IMG/VR virus record: IMGVR_UViG_3300036793_000065
Span: 7,460 to 71,459 of that record
Direction: 5' to 3' (one strand)
Length of the DNA stretch: 64,000 bases
From: a virus
Lineage: Duplodnaviria > Caudoviricetes
Every line of letters starts with the position of its first letter. Within the stretch, counting starts at the first letter, position 1. Positions 36,424 through 44,439 of the stretch are shown piece after piece. The translations under genes and the position numbers were made by a program. The notes beneath the pieces are model-generated. The model was not told where the DNA came from. It searched no databases and saw nothing but the letters and a program-made list of their open reading frames with translations.

Positions 36424-37455
36424 GTGGTCAATCCGCGCACAGTCAATTCCGGGCTTATCGTTCCGCTCACCGGCGCCGATGTCGATCTCTGGGGGCAGAA
36501 CGACGTCAATCCGAACATGGTTTCGGTAGATGGGTTGTTTGCCGGCGTGCAGACGATCGCGCTGACCAGCGGGCCCGTGACCCTCACTTCTCCAGCTGGA
36601 TTTACAGCAACTCCAGGTCCGGGTCCGACACAAGCGGAAAACCGGGTGTTGAGATTTACGGGGGCTCTGACCGGGAACGTCCTCGTTACGCTCCCTCTTC
36701 CCGGGTCGTATATCATCGAGAACCTCACGACCGGCGCCTTTGTTGTCCAGCTCGCCGGGGCGCTGTCGACGGTGGAGGTTATCGCCCCGCCGCAGGGTTC
36801 GTCTCATCTCATCTACAACGATGGGACCCACGTCCGATTCTCTGACTTGGGTAAGGTTGGAGAGTTGGAGTTCTGGGCTGGCATCAATACCATGCCGGCG
36901 TGGGTGTCCAGTTGCTCCATCCCTCCCTATCTGCTGTGCGACGGCGCAGCTTCCAGTATTGCAACATTTCCCTACTTGGGGGCGAGGCTTGGCGCTACGT
37001 TTGGCGGCAACGGTACTACCACCTTTGGGTCTCCGGACCTCCGAGGGCGCGTTCCGTTAGCCTTCGACGGCACTGGAGTCCGCATCACTATCGGCGGATG
37101 CGGTATCGATGGACGGACCATGGGAGCTGCGCTGGATACGCAGTACGTCAATCTCACCCAAGCCCAGATGCCGGTGCACTTTCACTCGGCCGGCATCTTT
37201 GATGCTGGGCACGTTCACTCGATGAGCTTGCCTTCACGCCAGTACGGCAATGCTGGGAGCAATTCCACGCCGGTATTCGTCGGCATCCAGCTCAACAACG
37301 GGTCTGACGGGAACGTTTTCGCCGCCCTTGCTTCCACTGGTGTCCGCGTCAACAGCACCAACGGCCTTGATACCACCTATAATGCTGGTAGCGGCTCTCT
37401 CCACAACAACGTGCAGCCATCGCAAGTGGCTGGAATTTGGGTCATCAAGACCTAG
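36424..37455 (+). CDS. tail protein with tail-collar domain
   Basis: YLLCDGAASSIATFPYL...FGGNGTTTFGSPDLRGRVP; HNNVQPS C-terminus. Confidence 0.85.
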   Translation: MVNPRTVNSGLIVPLTGADVDLWGQNDVNPNMVSVDGLFAGVQTIALTSGPVTLTSPAGFTATPGPGPTQAENRVLRFTGALTGNVLVTLPLPGSYIIENLTTGAFVVQLAGALSTVEVIAPPQGSSHLIYNDGTHVRFSDLGKVGELEFWAGINTMPAWVSSCSIPPYLLCDGAASSIATFPYLGARLGATFGGNGTTTFGSPDLRGRVPLAFDGTGVRITIGGCGIDGRTMGAALDTQYVNLTQAQMPVHFHSAGIFDAGHVHSMSLPSRQYGNAGSNSTPVFVGIQLNNGSDGNVFAALASTGVRVNSTNGLDTTYNAGSGSLHNNVQPSQVAGIWVIKT

Positions 37456-37470
37456 GAGGGGTCGCGAGTT

Positions 37471-39519
37471 ATGCCGTTCGGTGGCGTCAAGCTGATTCCC
37501 GGCGTTAACGTCGAGCGCACGCCGACGCTGAATGAGGCTGGCGTCGTGAAGAGCCAATTGATCCGGTATCGCGACGGTCTCGTTCAGAAGATCGGCGGAT
37601 GGGTGAACTTCTATCCGCTGGTGATCGGCGGAGTGCCACGTGATCTCCATGCATGGCAGGACCTCAATCAGGTAAACCGCCTTGCGGTCGCGACAACAAC
37701 GCAGCTCGGGGTGGTTACGGCCGGCAACCTCGCCGACATCACGCCGCAGGTTCTCACATCAGATTTTGCGCCGAACTTTTCGACCACCAGCGGCACCACC
37801 ACAGTGACCGTCGTCGATCCGAATATCACCAACGTGACGTCCTTCGATTCGATCTTCTTCAACACGCCGATCTCGGTGGGCGGTATCATCCTGTCGGGCC
37901 TGTATTCGATCGATTCCATCATTGGCGCGCATTCCTACCAAATCACTGCGGCGATGGCTGCCAGCGCGACCGTAGCCAATGGCGGCGCGGTTCCTGCATT
38001 CACCACGGCCGCCAACAGCGCGAACGTTTCGGTCCAGCTGAATAGCCACGGTCTACTCGCGGCAGCGCCAGAAAACACGATCGTCTTCCCGATTCCAACG
38101 ACCGCCAACGGTGTCACGATCGACGGCCTCTACACCGCGGCCACCATCACCGACGCAAACAACTTCATCATTCAGGCCAATACGCAGGCGACTGCCAATG
38201 GCACGTTCTCGATGAACGGAGGCAGTGCGGAGCTGGTCTATTACATCGCCGTTGGACCTTCGACTGGCGGCGTCGGCTATGGTCTTGGCGGCTATGGTCT
38301 TGGCGGCTATGGCACGGGCGTGACACCAGTCAATCAGATCGGCTCTCCGCTTCAGGCCGCCGACTGGACAACGGACAACTGGGGCCAGCTGCTGCTCGCG
38401 TGTCCGGAGGATGGCGGCATCTACTACTGGGACCCGACCGGCGGTTTCGCCAACATGAGCCTCATCGTCTCCGGGCCGCCATTCAACGCCGGCATGTTCG
38501 TGTCGACGTCGGCGCAGATCGTGATCGCCTACGGCTCGACCATCACCGAGCAGATCGGAGTGCTACAAGACCCTCTCCTCGTGCAATGGTGCGATAGCGG
38601 TAACTTCTTCGACTGGACGCCATCGGACACCAATCTCGCGCGCAATTTCCGCATCCCGCTGGGGTCGCGCATCGTCACCGGCATGGCCGTTTCGAACCAG
38701 AACCTGATCTGGACCGATCTCGATCTCTGGGTGATGAACTTCATCGGATTCCCGAATGTCTATGGCTTCAACAAGATCGGCGCCGGTGCCGGCGCGGCCT
38801 CATCCCACGCGGCGCAGCAGTTGCGTGGCGGCGTCTACTGGATGGGGTTCTCGAACTTCTATCGATACGCCGGCTCGGGCGTCGAAGTGATCCCGTGCCC
38901 GGTGTGGGATGCGGTGTATCAGAACCTCAATACCGCCTTCATCCAGAACGTGCGGGCAATGCCGAACACCGGGTTCAATGAGGTGGGCTGGCTCTATCCT
39001 TCGAAGGCGAGCGTCAACGGCGAGAACGACAGCTACGTCAAATTCAACATCACCGAGCAGGGCCAGCCCTGGGATTACGGGTTGCTGCCGCGGTCGGCGT
39101 GGATCGACCAGAGCGTGCTTGGGCCGCCGATCGCGGCCAATCCGGGCGGTGTCATCTACCAGCACGAGATCGGCAATGACGCGGCCGGCCAGCCGATCGC
39201 ATGGTCCTACACCACCGGATATTTCAAGATCGCCGAGGGGCAGGATTACGCCTTCGTCGACCAGTGGCGCCCGGACTTCATCTACGGCGAGTTCAATGGA
39301 TCGCCGACCGCGCAAATCCAGATGACGTTCAATGTCGCGAACTTCCCCGGCGACATGCCGAACACCTATGGCCCCTACACGGTGCAGCAGGGGACGGACT
39401 ACATCTCGACGCGCTTCCGCGGCGGGCTCGTCAGTATCACCTTCTCCGGGAATGATCTTGGTAGCTTCTCCAGATTGGGCTATGTGAGGTACCGCTATTC
39501 GGCCCAGGGGAGACAGTGA
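37471..39519 (+). CDS. tail nozzle/DNA stabilisation protein (P22 gp10-like)
   Basis: AGGAGG SD; IRYRDGLVQKIGGW, DNWGQLLLA, VQWCD, IWTDLDLW, VYWMG beta-propeller motifs; before the ejection genes. Confidence 0.75.
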   Translation: MPFGGVKLIPGVNVERTPTLNEAGVVKSQLIRYRDGLVQKIGGWVNFYPLVIGGVPRDLHAWQDLNQVNRLAVATTTQLGVVTAGNLADITPQVLTSDFAPNFSTTSGTTTVTVVDPNITNVTSFDSIFFNTPISVGGIILSGLYSIDSIIGAHSYQITAAMAASATVANGGAVPAFTTAANSANVSVQLNSHGLLAAAPENTIVFPIPTTANGVTIDGLYTAATITDANNFIIQANTQATANGTFSMNGGSAELVYYIAVGPSTGGVGYGLGGYGLGGYGTGVTPVNQIGSPLQAADWTTDNWGQLLLACPEDGGIYYWDPTGGFANMSLIVSGPPFNAGMFVSTSAQIVIAYGSTITEQIGVLQDPLLVQWCDSGNFFDWTPSDTNLARNFRIPLGSRIVTGMAVSNQNLIWTDLDLWVMNFIGFPNVYGFNKIGAGAGAASSHAAQQLRGGVYWMGFSNFYRYAGSGVEVIPCPVWDAVYQNLNTAFIQNVRAMPNTGFNEVGWLYPSKASVNGENDSYVKFNITEQGQPWDYGLLPRSAWIDQSVLGPPIAANPGGVIYQHEIGNDAAGQPIAWSYTTGYFKIAEGQDYAFVDQWRPDFIYGEFNGSPTAQIQMTFNVANFPGDMPNTYGPYTVQQGTDYISTRFRGGLVSITFSGNDLGSFSRLGYVRYRYSAQGRQ

Positions 39520-39743
39520 TGGCCGCCGACCTCGATACGATCAACTCGACGCAAACCGCGGGGGTTCAGTATCTCGGCCAGATTTATCAGGCGCTGCAGG
39601 CGGGACAGAAGCTGAACTTTGTCCCGGTGCCGGCTGCCGTCGGCTCCAATGGGACGCCGGGGCAGGTGGCAGCGACTACGGGTTTTTTGTACCTGTGTGT
39701 GGCGAACAACACGTGGCGCAGGGTGGCGCTCTCGACCTTCTGA
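39519..39743 (+). CDS. small tail-associated protein
   Basis: GTPGQV...YLCVANNTWRRVAL fibre-terminal motif. Confidence 0.65.
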   Translation: MAADLDTINSTQTAGVQYLGQIYQALQAGQKLNFVPVPAAVGSNGTPGQVAATTGFLYLCVANNTWRRVALSTF

Positions 39744-39752
39744 GGTGATGGT

Positions 39753-42700
39753 ATGCCGCTGCGTAAGGGCTCCTCGCGCGCAACGATCTCATCGAACATC
39801 CGAGAAATGGTCGAGGCTGGACATCCGCAAAATCAGGCGGTAGCCGCCGCGCTCCGGACTGCACGCCAGCATCGAGCAGCCGGTGGGGCTGTGGAGCGGT
39901 CGCGCGCCGAGGCTGCGTTGCCTCCGAATCACCGGCTCGGCATGGTGGTGCCTCGTGGCGGATCAAGTTGCGATAAGTGCAGGTTCTTGGCATCTCCGAC
40001 TACCTGCGGCAACAAGGGCTTTGTGAAGTGGAACGGCGGCGCGACATTGCCGGCGCCGGCTGATCGCTACTGCTGCGACCTCTACGAGATCGCCCACAAG
40101 CGCGCAGAGGGTGGCGCGGTCAGCTTCGACGATCGGTTTAGCGGAGAACCGTATCGCGAGACGGCGGACGATCTTGCTGCGCGCGCGCGGCTCTCACTGC
40201 GGGATCAGCCCGAGCGGCTCCGCGATACCCTGCCAGATGTCGGCCCCCCGCCGGTCGGAGATGGTGGCCAGTTCTCGCCCGGCCTGCCAGCGGTCAATCG
40301 TGCGGCCGACATTGGCTCCAGGTATGTCGGCAGCGTGGTGCCCGGTGCCGTGGAGGCGATCTCGACCCCGGGTGCGCTGATGAAGCCGAACCCATACCCG
40401 GCCGGGTCGGAGGAGGCGGCTTGGTACGACGACCAGCGCGATAAGACGGCCACCCAGTGGGGTCCGCCCATGGCCCTCAATACCATGGGCATCGGCATCC
40501 ATGGCGCACAGCCGGGCTCCGCAGGCATTTTTGGAGGCCGTCTGGCGCAGACCGCCGACCATGCCGCCCTGGCGCGCGCCGAGAAGATGGCGGCGGAGGG
40601 CGTGGCGCCGGAGGCGATCCACGCTGAGACCGGATGGTTCCAGGGCCCGGACCAACAGTGGCGCTTTGAGATTGGTGATCAGACCTCGAAGTTCCTGCCG
40701 GGTTACGATAGCCCCACGTCCGAATACCCGATCCGCACACCGCACTCGACGGATGTGGGTTCGGCCTATTCGCACCCGGAGCTGTATCGCGCCTATCCGG
40801 ACCTTGCTGAGTCCGGCCTGCAGTTCTCGCCGTCGGCCACCGAGGTGCGCGGCAGCTACCGGCCGCCGGGACAAGCTCATCCGGGTGATTTAATTCCCCC
40901 GCCGGGCGAGCAGATCAACCTCAACACCATAGCCCCGGGTTTGAATATGGACCGGGCGCGCTCGACCAGCCTTCACGAGCTGCAGCATGCCGTCCAGCAG
41001 CGTGAGGGCTTTATCCCCGGCAGCAGTCCCGAGGCCATGGAGAATGTCGTGAAAGCCGGCGCCGATGCTCGGCTGTTGCGCGAACTTGGCTCCATCGATT
41101 CCTTCAGGGCGATTGCTGGCCGAGACCCGCACCCGGCGGCACCGATGCTTGTGGAGAAGTTGACCCCAGAGCAGTTGGAAAAGGTCGCCACCGACCCATA
41201 TGAGGCCTATCGTCGCGTTTACGGTGAGGTCGAGGCGCGCAATGTGCAGGCGCGCCGCGATATGACGCCCGAGCAGCGCCGCAGAAATTTCCCTTTGTCC
41301 ACCGAAGATGTCCCGGCGGACCGTCAAATCATTGGAGCCCCAAATGATCGTGCAGCCCCGCGCCTCTCAGCAGACGTCACGCCACCAGGACAAGGAGCAG
41401 TCGCAGCAGCCGGAGAAGTGGGACCCGGAGGAGGAGGGGCGGTTGGAGCAAGAAGCCTACCAGAAGCACAGGCAGCGGCAGCGCGGTGGGCCGGTGACCG
41501 AAAGCCGCTAGAGGGCCTTCCGGGCGCGCTCAAGATCGGCGAGGAACATTTCGTTCCGGGTCCGATCGGGAAAATCCACGACGTCGCCGAAGACTATATG
41601 CGGACCGCTCATCCTGATCGTCCGTACACGCCGCCGACCCGCTATCATCCGCTCGACGCCGAGCACTCGAAAGCCATCGCGCAGGCTTACGAGGAGATGC
41701 AGCACACCCCCAACGACCCAGCGACCCGCGCCTCGTATGACGCCCTGATCAAGGAAACGGCTGATCAGTATCAGGCGATCAAGAAGACTGGCCTGAAGAT
41801 CGAGCCGATCCCGCCTGGGATGGAAGACCCGTATGCCGCAAATCCGCGGATGGCGGCGCGCGATGTCGCCGAAAATAATCATCTCTGGTTCTATCCTACC
41901 GAACAAGGATTCGGGACGGTCAACAAGATCAGCGACAACCCGATGTTGCGCAAGACCGGCGAGAAGATCGGAGATCATGACCTATTGGCCAACGACATGT
42001 TTCGCGTGGTGCACGACTATTTCGGGCATCTGAAAGAGGGGCATGGCTTCCGCGCTGCCGGCGAGGACAATGCATGGCGCACGCACGCGCAGATGTATTC
42101 GGACATCGCGCGGCCGGCGATGACCACCGAGACCAGGGGTCAGAATAGCTGGGTCAATTACGGCCCACACGGCGAGAAGAACCGAACGGCCTCGGCCGCG
42201 GACACCACTTATGCCGATCAGAAGGTTGGTCTGCTGCCCGAGTGGACGATGCGGGATCGCAACAGTCCGGCGCCGATCATGGTCTATCACGGCACGCCGC
42301 ACTCGTTCGACCGGTTCGACTACTCCAAGATCGGCTCGGGTGAGGGCAACCAAGCGTATGGCCGCGGGCTCTACTTCGCCGGCCACGAACCGGTCAGCGA
42401 ATGGTATCGTCATCAGCTCGCCACCCGACAGGACCCGGTGCTGAAGAAGTATAAGCTGCAGGAGGTCGGACACACGATCGGGGCGCAGCTCTCCGACGTC
42501 GGCGGCGACGCTGCGCAGTTGGCTGCGCAATATGCAGCGAAGCGCGACGAGTTGATCCGCAATGGGCCCGACGACAAGGCCACCGCGAACATGATCGACG
42601 AGTACGGTCGCCGCATGCGGTACCTCGCTGACCCGAAGCGCTCCAAGGGGCACATGTATCAGGTGGGCATGGAGGTAAACCCCGAGCACCTACTCGATTA

Positions 42701-43550
42701 CTCGGCGCCCTTCAGCCAACAGACCGGACACGTCCAGGAGCGTGTCGGGGGGCCAATGGAGCAATCGGCGCGCCAGCAGGCCGAGCAGATCGAGAAACTG
42801 CTCAATCGACCGCCGGAGGATCGATCGCGGCTGCAGCGCAAATATCCACAGCACGCCGGAAGCAGGGCGGCGCTGGAGGGGCGCTTACTGAGTCTCCGGC
42901 AGACGGGCCACACATCTTTCCCTGGAAGCGAGATTTATCAGCGAATGGGGTTGCCGGCGAAGGATCGTGTTGAAGCGGCGGTGCGCGCCTCGCAGCGCCT
43001 GAAGGACATGGGCGTGCCCGGCCTGCATTATCCAGACGCCGGCTCGCGCGCTCCCGGCCAGAAAGTGTCGAAGAACTACGTCATGTTCGGTGATGAGCCC
43101 CTGAAGATTCACCGCAAGTATGCCAGCGGCGGTGCGGCGATGCAGATCGCACGCAATCTGAAGCGCGCCCGCGGCGGCAGGATTCACGTCGGCCCAATCG
43201 TCGGCGACACCGGGGGGCGCGCAGACAAGGTCCCGATGGAAGTTCCGGACGGTGCCTACGTTCTGAGGGCGGATTTTGTGAGCGGGATTGGTGAGGGCAA
43301 TACCGACGCCGGCATGAAGAAGCTGGGCAGCATGTTTCCGGAAAGCAAGCCATCGAAGATGCGCGGCATGAAGGGAAGTCCGGTCCCTGTGCTGGTTTCT
43401 CACGGTGAATTCGTCGTATCCCCCGAATCAATCCGCGGCCGATGGGGTGATACGGATTCTGGTCATCGCGCGCTGGATGCGTGGCAGAACAGCGAGCGGA
43501 AAAAGCTCATCGAGACATTGAAGGACCTCCCTCCGCCAGCACAAGATTGA
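39753..43550 (+). CDS. large polyvalent virion protein (MPLRKG peptide, Cys-rich module, LPD23-like, zincin HExxH, HDxxGH domain, ART-PolyVal-like, duplicated C-terminal domain)
   Basis: AIHAETGWFQGPDQQWRFEIGD; HELQHAVQQREGF..GEVEAR; HDYFGH..GE; VYHGTPHSFDRFDYSKIGSGEG..AYGRGLYFA. Confidence 0.85.
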   Translation: MPLRKGSSRATISSNIREMVEAGHPQNQAVAAALRTARQHRAAGGAVERSRAEAALPPNHRLGMVVPRGGSSCDKCRFLASPTTCGNKGFVKWNGGATLPAPADRYCCDLYEIAHKRAEGGAVSFDDRFSGEPYRETADDLAARARLSLRDQPERLRDTLPDVGPPPVGDGGQFSPGLPAVNRAADIGSRYVGSVVPGAVEAISTPGALMKPNPYPAGSEEAAWYDDQRDKTATQWGPPMALNTMGIGIHGAQPGSAGIFGGRLAQTADHAALARAEKMAAEGVAPEAIHAETGWFQGPDQQWRFEIGDQTSKFLPGYDSPTSEYPIRTPHSTDVGSAYSHPELYRAYPDLAESGLQFSPSATEVRGSYRPPGQAHPGDLIPPPGEQINLNTIAPGLNMDRARSTSLHELQHAVQQREGFIPGSSPEAMENVVKAGADARLLRELGSIDSFRAIAGRDPHPAAPMLVEKLTPEQLEKVATDPYEAYRRVYGEVEARNVQARRDMTPEQRRRNFPLSTEDVPADRQIIGAPNDRAAPRLSADVTPPGQGAVAAAGEVGPGGGGAVGARSLPEAQAAAARWAGDRKPLEGLPGALKIGEEHFVPGPIGKIHDVAEDYMRTAHPDRPYTPPTRYHPLDAEHSKAIAQAYEEMQHTPNDPATRASYDALIKETADQYQAIKKTGLKIEPIPPGMEDPYAANPRMAARDVAENNHLWFYPTEQGFGTVNKISDNPMLRKTGEKIGDHDLLANDMFRVVHDYFGHLKEGHGFRAAGEDNAWRTHAQMYSDIARPAMTTETRGQNSWVNYGPHGEKNRTASAADTTYADQKVGLLPEWTMRDRNSPAPIMVYHGTPHSFDRFDYSKIGSGEGNQAYGRGLYFAGHEPVSEWYRHQLATRQDPVLKKYKLQEVGHTIGAQLSDVGGDAAQLAAQYAAKRDELIRNGPDDKATANMIDEYGRRMRYLADPKRSKGHMYQVGMEVNPEHLLDYSAPFSQQTGHVQERVGGPMEQSARQQAEQIEKLLNRPPEDRSRLQRKYPQHAGSRAALEGRLLSLRQTGHTSFPGSEIYQRMGLPAKDRVEAAVRASQRLKDMGVPGLHYPDAGSRAPGQKVSKNYVMFGDEPLKIHRKYASGGAAMQIARNLKRARGGRIHVGPIVGDTGGRADKVPMEVPDGAYVLRADFVSGIGEGNTDAGMKKLGSMFPESKPSKMRGMKGSPVPVLVSHGEFVVSPESIRGRWGDTDSGHRALDAWQNSERKKLIETLKDLPPPAQD

Positions 43551-43612
43551 TGGCAACATTTTGCTTACCGTGCTAAATGCCACGAAGGTGAGCAACTCAA
43601 TAGGACCAATCG

Positions 43613-43882
43613 ATGAAAAACGATGCGCAGGTGACATACGTCAACGAGCTGGAGGCTTCCGGCATAGTCAACGGAGTCATCAACATGGCATTCTCGACCT
43701 ATGCCTTTGTGCCGGAGTTGGTGCCGCTGGAGGACCAGATTGAAGGCGAACCCAAGGTGATTGTTGGGGTCTCCCCCGAGATCACGGTAAACATCCGGTT
43801 CGATCTGCGTCTTGCCCAGATCATGCGGGATCGGCTCGATGCCTTGATCGAGGCCAATACCAAGCCGAAGGTCACAAACTAG
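43613..43882 (+). CDS. hypothetical protein
   Basis: AGGA SD; coding-like. Confidence 0.6.
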   Translation: MKNDAQVTYVNELEASGIVNGVINMAFSTYAFVPELVPLEDQIEGEPKVIVGVSPEITVNIRFDLRLAQIMRDRLDALIEANTKPKVTN

Positions 43883-44362
43883 ATGACCCTCACGACACTG
43901 CCAGTTCGAAAGGCTCGTCTTGCTGATCGCGACGTGATCCTGGAGATGTGTGAGAAAAACTGGCAAGAAAACGGTCAGTTTTCGCTGGACATGGCGAAGG
44001 TGACGGCCATGGTCGATCGCGCCTTCGGCAAGAAGGACGCGATCATTGGTCTGGTGGGACAGAAGGATCGTGTTGAGGGCATGATCCTGCTCCTCATCGC
44101 TCAATTTTGGTATACCCAAGATTGGTGCCTCGAAGAAATCCAGAATTTCGTGCTGCCGGATTATCGGCGCTCGACGCATGCGAAAGATATGATCTCCTTC
44201 GGGAAGCGATGCGCTGACGAGATCGGCATCCCGCTCGTGATCGGTGTCGTAGCCAACGAGCGCACGAAGGCAAAGCTGGAGCTATATCGCCGCCAGCTTG
44301 GCGATCCTGTAGGCGGCTATTTCATTTACCCTCCGAAGCATGCTATTAGCGCTCACAGTTAG
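43883..44362 (+). CDS. GNAT-like protein preceding the ejection genes
   Basis: VRKARLADRD, EEIQNFVLPDYRRS acetyl-CoA-type motif; position typical of podovirus head-assembly GNATs. Confidence 0.7.
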   Translation: MTLTTLPVRKARLADRDVILEMCEKNWQENGQFSLDMAKVTAMVDRAFGKKDAIIGLVGQKDRVEGMILLLIAQFWYTQDWCLEEIQNFVLPDYRRSTHAKDMISFGKRCADEIGIPLVIGVVANERTKAKLELYRRQLGDPVGGYFIYPPKHAISAHS

Positions 44363-44439
44363 GGTGAGAGCGCCTCGATCCCATTGATCTTTCCTTCAGC
44401 CGTGCTGGCTTCATCTCCATCGATTGATGGGAGGCTAAA

